Positions 9,157 to 17,383 of a stretch of 52,644 nucleotides of DNA are shown piece after piece. Location: assembly GCA_964435455.1 (NCBI GenBank), contig CAYSYH010000001.1, positions 1 to 52,644 of the forward strand, written 5' to 3'. Made by a program: the position numbers and the translations under genes. Position 1 is the stretch's first letter. Each line of letters opens with the position of its first letter. The notes beneath the pieces are model-generated. The model was not told the origin of the DNA. It worked only from the letters and a program-made list of their open reading frames with translations, and made no database searches. Source of the DNA: an uncultured Candidatus Saccharibacteria bacterium. GTDB taxonomy: Bacteria; Patescibacteriota; WWE3; 2-01-FULL-39-13; JAACPI01.

Positions 9157-9312
9157 TTACTTATTATATGTTCCGCAAGATTTACAAACAGTATGTGGTT
9201 TTACTGCATTACCACATTTAGAACATTTCTTAAGTTGTATAGCCTTTACTTTATGGTGTTGTCTTCTAAATCCTTTTCTTCTTTTACTTGTTTTCTTTTT
9301 TGGTTCTGCCAT
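9157..9312 (-). CDS. rpmF: 50S ribosomal protein L32 (51 aa, absent from the ORF track)
   Basis: My own translation of the minus strand gives MAEPKKKTSKRRKGFRRQHHKVKAIQLKKCSKCGNAVKPHTVCKSCGTYNK. This has an L32-like basic N-terminus and a CxxC...CxxC zinc ribbon. The stop abuts the nusB ATG. Confidence 0.85.
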   Translation of the reverse strand: MAEPKKKTSKRRKGFRRQHHKVKAIQLKKCSKCGNAVKPHTVCKSCGTYNK

Positions 9313-9337
9313 ATTTAATTATTAATTTAACAGCATA

Positions 9338-9366
9338 AGTATACTAAATAGGGTTTTTAATAGCAA
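9338..9366 (-). promoter_or_regulatory. Candidate sigma70-type promoter for rpmF-nusB-rnc
   Basis: The minus strand reads TTGCTA, a 17-nt spacer, then TATACT, about 25 nt upstream of the rpmF ATG. AT-rich background makes chance matches likely. Confidence 0.3.
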
Positions 9367-9382
9367 CGATTTTATAAATTGA

Positions 9383-9916
9383 TTAAATATTTTCTTTTAA
9401 AAAAATAGTATAGCAAGTTTTACCAAAGCATTTATTTTTAACTTTTTTAAATTCTGGTACTTCTATATTTTTTTCTTTTCTGCTATGAAATAAAACAAAA
9501 ATACCTTTTGGATTTGTTGCTAGATGTACTGTTTTTAAAAAATGTTTTATAGGTAAATCATAAGGAGGGTCTGCAAAAACAATATCATATATAGCGCTAG
9601 TTTCACCTAAGAATTTTAAAACATCTTTTGGTTCTATTTCGGCTCTTTCGTCCAAATTTAAATTTATTAGATTTTCTTTTATAGTGTTAACCGCATCGTA
9701 GTCTTGCTCAACAAATACAGCAAAATCAGCCCCTCTGCTAAGTGCTTCTATTCCTAAAGCACCGCTTCCCGCAAACAAATCCAGTACTTTTGCACCTTTT
9801 AAATATTCTTGTAATACACTAAATACAGATTGTTTAACTATGTTTTTAACTGGCTTAGCGCTGGATGAAACTTTTAAATTAGACCTTTTAAATTTGCCTG
9901 CTGTAATTTTTAACAT
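9383..9916 (-). CDS. rsmD: 16S rRNA (guanine966-N2)-methyltransferase RsmD
   Basis: DLFAGSGALGIEALSRGA SAM-binding motif and FADPPY catalytic motif. Confidence 0.85.
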   Translation of the reverse strand: MLKITAGKFKRSNLKVSSSAKPVKNIVKQSVFSVLQEYLKGAKVLDLFAGSGALGIEALSRGADFAVFVEQDYDAVNTIKENLINLNLDERAEIEPKDVLKFLGETSAIYDIVFADPPYDLPIKHFLKTVHLATNPKGIFVLFHSRKEKNIEVPEFKKVKNKCFGKTCYTIFLKENI

Positions 9917-9923
9917 TTTTTAT

Positions 9924-11915
9924 TTAATTATCTTTAATATTAAAAAAATCTCTAGTAAAATAATTTTGGCTATATTTTTTTAATTTTTCTTTATCATTAT
10001 ATATTGTATTGGCAATTTTAGCAGCTGTCTTTATTAGTTTTTTGTTTGAGAAACTTACAAATTTTAAATCAATCTCTCCCGATTGGCGTATTCCAAAAAA
10101 TTCTCCTCCTCCTCTTTCTTCTAAATCCAACAAAGCTAATTTAAATCCATCATTTTCTTTTTCCATGTGTTTTAATCTTTTAACATTTAAAAAGTTATTG
10201 GTAGAAGGTATTAAAAAACAAAAACTTTTTAATTTGCTTCTCCCTACTCTGCCCCTTAATTGATGTAAGCTAGCTAGGCCAAATCTCTCAGCACTTTCTA
10301 TGGCAATAATAGTTGCATCTTTTATATCTATACCAACTTCCACCACTTGTGTAGAAAGTAAAACACCTGATTTTTTACTTTTAAAGTTTTCCAAAATCTT
10401 ATTTTTTTCTTCATCCTTCATCTTTCCGTGTAGCACTGTAATAAAGTTTTCTCCCAACTTTTTTTTAAGTATTGGTTCCATTTCTTCAATTGATTTAACA
10501 TTTTCAAAATTAGGTATTAAACTCTTTTTTATAAAAGGAACTATGTAATATGCTTTTACACCCTTTTTCAATTCTTCCTTTAGCCATTGTAAAAAATCGT
10601 CTTTTCTTTTTTTGCTTAAAACTTTTGTAATTATTTTTTTTCTTCCTTTTGGTTTTGTTTTAATTTGGCATAATTCTAATTCATCAAAATAAGTAAGGGC
10701 TAAGGAACGTGGTATAGGTGTAGCTGTCATAGTTAATACGTGTGGTGGATTTTTTGCTTCTATAATTTTTGCTCTCTGTTTTACTCCAAATTTATGTTGC
10801 TCATCTATAATCACAAAATTAATTTTTTCAGATATATTTGGAATATTAAACAATGCATGTGTTCCTATTAATATATCCCATTTATTGGTTTTTGGCTTTT
10901 CAAAGGCTGTGGCTATTTCTATGTTTATAGTTTTTCCTAAATATTTTTTAAATTCTTTGTATATTTGTTTTGCTAATACTACTGTTGGTGCTAAGTATAA
11001 TACTTTCCCTTTATTTTTAACTACTGTGTGGCTTGCCGATATTGCTACAATAGTTTTTCCACTTCCCACATCTCCACTTAGTAGTATATTCATAGGAACA
11101 TTTGTTTTTAACTGCTTTACTATGGTATTAATGGATTTTTTTTGGTCTTTGGTGAGTTTAAAGGGTATTTTGTTTTCAAATATTTTATGGAAGTCCTTAC
11201 TAATTTTAAAATTAGTAGATAGTTCCTGTTGTAGCTTTTTTTGTTTTATTGAATGTAATTTTATATGTATAACCTCATTTAAAGCAATTCTATCTCTAGC
11301 CTTTTCTACTTGTTCTATATTTTCGGGGAAGTGTAAGCATTTATAAGCCTCTTTTAAACTTAAATAATTATTTAATTCATTGTTTTCTAAAAAATCCTCA
11401 ATTTCTATATTTTCTAAAGCCTCTAACATTAATTTTCGTAAGGTTTTCATTGATAAAAAATTTATATTAAAGTACACTGGAACAATTCTTCCTGAATGTA
11501 TGGTAGTTTCTCCAGATACCTCAATTTGAGGGTTAACTATATTTAACTTACTCCCAAATCTAGTAACTTTACCTGTTAGCATATAATCTTTATTATCTTT
11601 TATTTGGTTTAAAATATATGTAGTGTTAAACCAAAGTATTTCTATGCTTCCTTCATTATCGGTAAATATGGCGCGTACCATTTGTTTCCCATACTTGGTC
11701 CTAAATAGTTTTATTTTTTTAAACCTTCCTTTTAATACTACCTTAATATTTTCTTCTATATTGGAGGTGTTTGTTATTTTACTTAAATCCTCGTATCTAA
11801 AGGGAAAATAATTTATCAGATCACCTATAGTTTTAATATTCTCACGTTTTAAGTTTTTTTCTATTCTCTCCCCTACTCCTTTTAAAATATTTATTGGATC
11901 TGTAGGGTAATACAT
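9924..11915 (-). CDS. recG: ATP-dependent DNA helicase RecG
   Basis: Walker A GDVGSGKT, DEQHKFG (DEQH box), MTATPIPR, QLRGRVGR, plus an N-terminal wedge/OB region. Start placed at the ATG at 11915 because the longer ORF runs into the tRNA. Confidence 0.9.
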   Translation of the reverse strand: MYYPTDPINILKGVGERIEKNLKRENIKTIGDLINYFPFRYEDLSKITNTSNIEENIKVVLKGRFKKIKLFRTKYGKQMVRAIFTDNEGSIEILWFNTTYILNQIKDNKDYMLTGKVTRFGSKLNIVNPQIEVSGETTIHSGRIVPVYFNINFLSMKTLRKLMLEALENIEIEDFLENNELNNYLSLKEAYKCLHFPENIEQVEKARDRIALNEVIHIKLHSIKQKKLQQELSTNFKISKDFHKIFENKIPFKLTKDQKKSINTIVKQLKTNVPMNILLSGDVGSGKTIVAISASHTVVKNKGKVLYLAPTVVLAKQIYKEFKKYLGKTINIEIATAFEKPKTNKWDILIGTHALFNIPNISEKINFVIIDEQHKFGVKQRAKIIEAKNPPHVLTMTATPIPRSLALTYFDELELCQIKTKPKGRKKIITKVLSKKRKDDFLQWLKEELKKGVKAYYIVPFIKKSLIPNFENVKSIEEMEPILKKKLGENFITVLHGKMKDEEKNKILENFKSKKSGVLLSTQVVEVGIDIKDATIIAIESAERFGLASLHQLRGRVGRSKLKSFCFLIPSTNNFLNVKRLKHMEKENDGFKLALLDLEERGGGEFFGIRQSGEIDLKFVSFSNKKLIKTAAKIANTIYNDKEKLKKYSQNYFTRDFFNIKDN

Positions 11916-11927
11916 ATGTTTAAAAAA

Positions 11928-12003
11928 TGGTCCTGGGGGCCGGACTCGAACCAGCAACCAATGGTTTTACAGACCACTGCTCTACCAATTGAGCTACCCC
12001 AGG
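11928..12003 (-). tRNA. tRNA-Tyr (anticodon GUA), class I with 5-nt variable loop, C1:G72, A73, encoded CCA
   Basis: Hand fold of the minus strand: CCTGGGG TA GCTC AATTGGTA GAGC A GTGGT CTGTAAA ACCAT TGGTT GCTGG TTCGAGT CCGGC CCCCAGG A CCA. All four stems pair. Confidence 0.9.
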
Positions 12004-12047
12004 TTTTAATAACTTAAATTATATAAGGTTATTATAATAAATTCCAG

Positions 12048-12149
12048 CTATAAAATATAAGGAAGTATTGACAATGCTATCATTGCCAAAGACCCTAGTG
12101 ATAATACTATAATTGTAAGTTTTCTGTGTTTTCTAAAAAAAGTTAACAT
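12048..12149 (-). CDS. Possible 33-aa single-TM micro-protein between tyrS and tRNA-Tyr
   Basis: My translation gives MLTFFRKHRKLTIIVLSLGSLAMIALSILPYIL. The ATG lies 3 nt after the tyrS stop. No homology evidence. Confidence 0.25.
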   Translation of the reverse strand: MLTFFRKHRKLTIIVLSLGSLAMIALSILPYIL

Positions 12150-12152
12150 ATA

Positions 12153-13289
12153 TTACCGTGTAATTTTTAACTTATCCATAGCTTCTTTTATCTTTTTTGG
12201 TTCTTTTTTGCTAAAGTGCTCTCTAACTGGTTCTAGCAATTTTATTACTTCTTGTGCTACAGCATTTTTTAAATCCATAGGGTGTAATTTTTTGTTTTCA
12301 AAGTCTTTTTTAAGTGTATCAAAGTTTTCATAAACTACATTTCCTCCATATATATCTTTTCTTTTTATTTTTAATTTGAAATTTTTAATTTGTTTAAAAA
12401 ACAAATGGTTTACCCAATCTATTATTGGATTAAACTCTATTTCTCCCTCGGGGCAAAAAGCTTTTTTTATCTTATCTTTTATTTCCTCTGGTGTATCTGT
12501 TACAAATATTGCACTACCTGGTTTAGATTTGCTCATTTTTAAACTAGCCCATAATTCTCTAATGCTTGTCTTTTTGTCTATTGGCCATTTTGGAGGAGGT
12601 GTTAACCCTAAAAGCAAGTGATGGTGTAAAGCTATTGGTTTTAGTTTTTTATTATTTAAAATTAAAGGATTTACCTTAATTTTTAAAGCTGTATCTCTAG
12701 CTATAACGTGTGCTTTACGTTGGTCCATTCCTGCATGGGCAAAATGAGCATTTAAAGCAAATATATCATCCACTTGCATTATAGGATAAATTAGCTTTGC
12801 AAAATCAATACTTTCTCCCTCGCTTCTTCCTAGTATATCTATGCTTCTTTTTACTCTTGAAAGATTTACATTTTTAGCTATGTCTATTAAGTTTTCCCAA
12901 AAAGTGTCATTATTGTGGTATAACTGAGAGCCTGTTACAAATTTTGTTTGAGATGGGTTGGCACCCACAGCTTTTAATACTGCTTTAAAAGCTTCTATAA
13001 AGTAAGGAATTCCTATATCTCTTATGTTAGTCTTATTTCCTCCCAATTTATCGTTAATAATAGTATGCCAATCTGCTAAAAAAATTGTTGTATTAATACC
13101 TGCTTTTTGCAAATCTCTAATTTTATATGCTGTCATAAAACCGCTCCCTATGTGTAGCTTTCCTGATATTTCAAAACCTATATAATGATTTATAGATGTA
13201 TTCGATTTTAATATTTCTTTAATTTCTTCTTTGCCAATTACTTCATCTAAATTTTGTGTAATTATCTTTACTTTTTCTTCAATATTCAT
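12153..13289 (-). CDS. tyrS: Tyrosyl-tRNA synthetase, archaeal/eukaryal type
   Basis: IGFEISGKLHIGS (HIGH region), IYPIMQVDDI, KMSKS, AFCPEGEIEFNPI and LHPMDLKNAVAQEVIKLLEPVR closely track archaeal TyrRS as I recall it from M. jannaschii. The ATG at 13289 is preferred over the TTG at 13298. Confidence 0.85.
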   Translation of the reverse strand: MNIEEKVKIITQNLDEVIGKEEIKEILKSNTSINHYIGFEISGKLHIGSGFMTAYKIRDLQKAGINTTIFLADWHTIINDKLGGNKTNIRDIGIPYFIEAFKAVLKAVGANPSQTKFVTGSQLYHNNDTFWENLIDIAKNVNLSRVKRSIDILGRSEGESIDFAKLIYPIMQVDDIFALNAHFAHAGMDQRKAHVIARDTALKIKVNPLILNNKKLKPIALHHHLLLGLTPPPKWPIDKKTSIRELWASLKMSKSKPGSAIFVTDTPEEIKDKIKKAFCPEGEIEFNPIIDWVNHLFFKQIKNFKLKIKRKDIYGGNVVYENFDTLKKDFENKKLHPMDLKNAVAQEVIKLLEPVREHFSKKEPKKIKEAMDKLKITR

Positions 13290-13314
13290 AATGTACAAAT
13301 TTTATCATTTAAAC

Positions 13315-13593
13315 TTAGTTTTGGGTATACCTTGCTAATTGCCTGCCAAAAAAGATTCCCAAGCCAATTAAAAAGCATAATAAGACTGGTAACCGATCTG
13401 TATTAATAACGGATTCTAATAAAAATAAACTTGTGTACAAAGTATCTGTTTTATTCTCTACTTCTTCTTTTTCTTCTTTGCTTTTTAGTAATGAACCAGT
13501 ATAGCCAAAAGCAATTGAGCATACAGTTAATAGTGTTAATAGTATAACAAATTCCCCTTGGCTAGTTACAACTTCAACCAGCTCGTTATTCAT
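13315..13593 (-). CDS. Small membrane protein (family with 34683-34979 and 35059-35337)
   Basis: Two or three hydrophobic helices. N-terminal TSQGEFVILL and C-terminal LIGLGIFFGRQLAR resemble the 35059-35337 product. Confidence 0.5.
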   Translation of the reverse strand: MNNELVEVVTSQGEFVILLTLLTVCSIAFGYTGSLLKSKEEKEEVENKTDTLYTSLFLLESVINTDRLPVLLCFLIGLGIFFGRQLARYTQN

Positions 13594-13606
13594 AATTAAA
13601 TTTTAA

Positions 13607-14971
13607 TTAACCATCAATTCCTGGTATATATTTTTTACCATTAATATTAATAGGCTTTAGCCTTTTATATGGTATTTTTATTGGTTTTGGTTTTACCGGT
13701 ATTGGCTTACCTATAAATTTGCCCGTAACTCTAAGTTTTAAAAACTTTATATCTACTCCCCCTTTAGAATCAGTTACTACTACCTTTAATGTGTATAGAG
13801 CATTAAGTTTTGAGTTTTTTACTGCTCCCTTAATTGTTGTTGTGGCTCTTCCTTTGTAATTAGATGTTTTTGTAGCGTATAATCCTTTTGGTAATCCATG
13901 TACTTTTATATTCATCATGTCTCCATCTTTATCTCTTGCTTCTATAACTTCTTTATATGGTGCATATAGTACTGCATCCTTTAATCTACTTGTAATTATA
14001 ATAGGTTTTTTGTTAATTTGCTTTTTAGTTGGTACTATCATTGGGCTGTGGCTAAAAAAACCATATTGTAAATAATTATACTTTTTGGTGGTAAAAGAAC
14101 ATTCTTTTGGATTTTTGGTTGAGTATGCTATAAAAGAACCGCCATTTGGCAATACTGAATTAAAAGTTCTATGTAAATATGGCTTAAATCTAAAATCTTG
14201 CTTTTCACCACAAACTACTTTTAGTAATTCTTTATTTTGATTATGCCCTCTAACCCATTTAATTTTATAGCTTACATTCTTAAAATCTCTCAAGCTAGAT
14301 GTTCTCCAGTCGTTTGTTATGTAATGTACTCTAGTTAATTTATAAACCCCCCAGTTTTTTGGTACACCACCTTTAAACAATGGTGTTGCTAATAGAATAA
14401 CTGTGTTTTTATTACCAGTATAATCAAATCTTATTTCTAGGTTATTTCCTGGTGCACTCAGTATTAAATTTTTACCTTTTACAATTATATTTTCTTTGTA
14501 ACAGCTTGTACCTACCAAAATAGGTTTGGGATTATTTTTCATTTTCTTATATATAGTAAAGCACCCTGTGGGATCTAATTTTATTTCTTTATCTGCTTTG
14601 TAGTAACCAAAACTACTTGTTTTTATTAGTTTTGCATGAAAATATTTAGGAGGTATATTAGGGTTTGGTTTAGCTTCTCCAACAGGGGAATAAAATACGC
14701 CAAAATACTGGGGTTTAATATTATTTTGTTTATCAACTATTCTTAAATCAGCATATACTATTTTAGTTTTAGTATCCAGCCTTATGTAATATAAAAAATC
14801 ATAAGTATAAATTTCTCCAGTTATCCAATCAGGAGAATTTGAATAATCATAATTTTTAACAAGCTTTTGGTAATAGTTACTAGCTTGTATTTTAGCTGTA
14901 TTAAAAAAAACTGTAGTCAAAAAAATTAATAAGGTTGAAGTAGTTATTTTTAAAAGTTTTTTAGCTTTCAT
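13607..14971 (-). CDS. Secreted protein with C-terminal cadherin-like/putative Ig domain
   Basis: Signal peptide MKAKKLLKITTSTLLIFLTTVFFNTAKIQA. The C-terminal segment APYKEVIEARDKDGDMMNIKVHGLPKGL...YTLKVVVTDSKGG looks like a dystroglycan-type cadherin-like domain. Confidence 0.6.
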   Translation of the reverse strand: MKAKKLLKITTSTLLIFLTTVFFNTAKIQASNYYQKLVKNYDYSNSPDWITGEIYTYDFLYYIRLDTKTKIVYADLRIVDKQNNIKPQYFGVFYSPVGEAKPNPNIPPKYFHAKLIKTSSFGYYKADKEIKLDPTGCFTIYKKMKNNPKPILVGTSCYKENIIVKGKNLILSAPGNNLEIRFDYTGNKNTVILLATPLFKGGVPKNWGVYKLTRVHYITNDWRTSSLRDFKNVSYKIKWVRGHNQNKELLKVVCGEKQDFRFKPYLHRTFNSVLPNGGSFIAYSTKNPKECSFTTKKYNYLQYGFFSHSPMIVPTKKQINKKPIIITSRLKDAVLYAPYKEVIEARDKDGDMMNIKVHGLPKGLYATKTSNYKGRATTTIKGAVKNSKLNALYTLKVVVTDSKGGVDIKFLKLRVTGKFIGKPIPVKPKPIKIPYKRLKPININGKKYIPGIDG

Positions 14972-15113
14972 TTTATATTTTATATATTAAAACTTATACC
15001 CTATAGTTTATTATATATTTATTTTATTGCAAGGGTTAATTTTAAAATCTCTAATATTTATGCTGATTTTTTAAATATTGAATATTAAGATGTGATATAA
15101 TTTAATATGTATT

Positions 15114-17381
15114 ATGCAACGTAAAAAATTACCCAAAAAAATAATATTGTTTAAAATATTGGCTGTTTTTAGCATTATAGGTGTATATTTAGGTATATTA
15201 AGCTCTGTAGCAATTTTAGGAACTTTTGCTTATTTTAGTTATAAAGTACCTTCTCCCGACAAACTTACAAATCGTAAAGTTACTCAAAGTACAAAAATAT
15301 ATGACAGAAATAAAATACTTTTATACGATGTATTTGAAAATGTAGATAGAACATTAGTAACTTTAAATGATGTTTCTCCTTATGTTATATATGCAACTCT
15401 TTCTGCCGAAGATGGAGATTTTTACAAGCATAAAGGTTTTGATCCTTTAGGTATTTTACGTGCTACTATCTATACTTCTTTGGGGTCTGGTTTACAAGGA
15501 GGTAGCACATTAACTCAACAATTAACTAAAAATGCATTACTTTCTAAAGAAAGGACTATAACAAGAAAAATTAAAGAGCTTATACTTTCTATGCAAATAG
15601 AAAATAAATATGATAAAGATGTGATTTTAGAATGGTACTTAAATGAGATACCCTACGGATCCACGGCCTATGGTATTGAAGCCGCATCACAATTTTATTT
15701 TGGTAAATCTGCTTCAGATTTAAATTTAGCAGAATCTGCCTTTTTAGCCGGTTTGCCCCAAAGGCCTACGGCATATTCACCCTTTGGTAAAACTCCAGAT
15801 CTAGGTATACAACGGCAAAAATATGTTTTAAAGCTAATGAAGGAAAATGGGTGGATAAATAAAGAAGGAAAAAGGGAATATATTACACAAGAAGAATACG
15901 ATCAAGCTATTAAATATAAATTACAGTTTAAAGGTTCAAAAACTAATATAAAGGCTCCTCATTTTGTTTTTTATGTTTTAGATAAACTATATGAAAAGTA
16001 TGGTGAAGATTTTATTAAAAATTCAGGATTAGAGGTAATTACAACTTTAGATTTAAAAAAACAAGAAGAAGTTCAAAATATAGTCCAGGAAGAATTAAAA
16101 AAGGCAGAATATCTAAATGTGGGGAATGCTGCGGTTATGGTTATAGATCCAAAAACAAGAGAGATCTTAGTAATGGTTGGATCCCGTGATTATTTTGATT
16201 CTGAAAACGGCGGTCAGTTTAATGTAGCTACTTCTCCTACTAGACAACCAGGTTCTAGCATTAAACCTTTGGTATATGCTACAGGTTTAAAGCAAGGGTA
16301 TACAGCTTCTACAGTTTTTATGGATGTTCCTACTACATTCCCCCCGCCAGATAGCGCAAGTAAACCTTACTCTCCTAAAAATTATGATGGTAAGTTTAGA
16401 GGTCCCGTGCAGTTTAGATATGCTTTAGGTAATTCCATAAATATACCTGCAGTAAAAATGCTAAAACTTGTAGGTATTCCTTCCTTACTTGAAACAGCAC
16501 AAGATTTTGGGATAAAAAGCTTAAACCCCAACAAATTTTATGGTTTGTCTTTAGCACTGGGAGGAGGAGAAATATCTTTGATTGAAATGACAAATGCATA
16601 TGCAGTTTTTGCTAGTAAAGGTTATTATGTAGATCCTATTTATATTAAAGAAATAAAAGATAATAAGGGGAATATTATTGAAGATTCTAAAAATGTGCAG
16701 TCCCCTATTAAAGTTTTGGATGAGGGCATATCTTTTATAATGTCAGACGTATTAAGTGATAATTTTGCTAGGTACTTAGCATTTGGCCCTGGAAATGCTT
16801 TAGAATTTAAAAAACACCAGGTTGCAGTAAAAACTGGTACTACAGACGATATACGAGATAACTGGACAATTGGTTTTACTCCTAATATAGTTGTTGGTGT
16901 ATGGGCTGGTAATAATGATAATTCACCTATGAATCCAAATTTAGCCAGTGGTATTACTGGGGCAGCACCTATTTGGAGAAGATCTATATCTTTATTTTTA
17001 GATGACGAAAAAGTTAGCAAGTTTGAAAAGCCCAAAAATGTAGTGCGTGTAGAAGTGGGTACTATAACTGGAGGAAAGCCTGCTGAAGGTTTAGAGGATA
17101 AGCGTTGGGAATATTTTATTAAAGGTACCGAGCCTGTGGTACGTAGCCCTATGGTAGTAGAATTAGAAATTTGCAAAAAAGATGGAAAATTAGCAAATAA
17201 AAAATGTAAAGAAGATAAAAAAACAAAAAAGAAAGAATACATAAAGCTAACAGCACTTTTACCAGAATGGCAAGAAGCTGTAGATAAATGGGTAAAAGAA
17301 AACTACCCAAAAGACAAAGATGAATTTAAAAAGTTTTACCCACCTACTAAAAAAAGTGATTATGGAGAGGATGACGACTAA
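15114..17381 (+). CDS. Class A penicillin-binding protein (PBP1A-type glycosyltransferase/transpeptidase)
   Basis: GT51 motifs EDGDFYKHKGFD, GGSTLTQQL and RKIKE. Transpeptidase motifs SSIKP (SxxK), SIN and KTGTT. N-terminal TM anchor. Confidence 0.9.
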   Translation: MQRKKLPKKIILFKILAVFSIIGVYLGILSSVAILGTFAYFSYKVPSPDKLTNRKVTQSTKIYDRNKILLYDVFENVDRTLVTLNDVSPYVIYATLSAEDGDFYKHKGFDPLGILRATIYTSLGSGLQGGSTLTQQLTKNALLSKERTITRKIKELILSMQIENKYDKDVILEWYLNEIPYGSTAYGIEAASQFYFGKSASDLNLAESAFLAGLPQRPTAYSPFGKTPDLGIQRQKYVLKLMKENGWINKEGKREYITQEEYDQAIKYKLQFKGSKTNIKAPHFVFYVLDKLYEKYGEDFIKNSGLEVITTLDLKKQEEVQNIVQEELKKAEYLNVGNAAVMVIDPKTREILVMVGSRDYFDSENGGQFNVATSPTRQPGSSIKPLVYATGLKQGYTASTVFMDVPTTFPPPDSASKPYSPKNYDGKFRGPVQFRYALGNSINIPAVKMLKLVGIPSLLETAQDFGIKSLNPNKFYGLSLALGGGEISLIEMTNAYAVFASKGYYVDPIYIKEIKDNKGNIIEDSKNVQSPIKVLDEGISFIMSDVLSDNFARYLAFGPGNALEFKKHQVAVKTGTTDDIRDNWTIGFTPNIVVGVWAGNNDNSPMNPNLASGITGAAPIWRRSISLFLDDEKVSKFEKPKNVVRVEVGTITGGKPAEGLEDKRWEYFIKGTEPVVRSPMVVELEICKKDGKLANKKCKEDKKTKKKEYIKLTALLPEWQEAVDKWVKENYPKDKDEFKKFYPPTKKSDYGEDDD

Positions 17382-17383
17382 AA

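Noticed and set aside
10009-11811. Several plus-strand ORFs (10009-10263, 10300-10548, 10885-11346, 11623-11811) inside recG. Analogous shadows occur at 372-554, 3841-4092, 4231-4440, 7044-7394, 9127-9318, 12376-12621, 16414-17242, 18675-19328, 19790-20380, 21354-22093, 23042-23590, 26345-27910, 30890-31189, 32315-33050, 39817-40305, 40982-41308, 42471-42950 and 46756-46968.
   Set aside because: All are antisense to genes with clear conserved motifs. Their products are Phe/Leu/Ile/Ser-rich low-complexity strings, as expected from the reverse complement of Lys/Glu/Asn-rich AT-rich coding sequence.
11916-11957. N-terminal 14 codons of the 677-aa recG ORF (MLVRVRPPGPFFKH).
   Set aside because: This stretch is the reverse complement of the tRNA-Tyr acceptor and T arm. 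The ATG at 11915 gives a normal RecG N-terminus.
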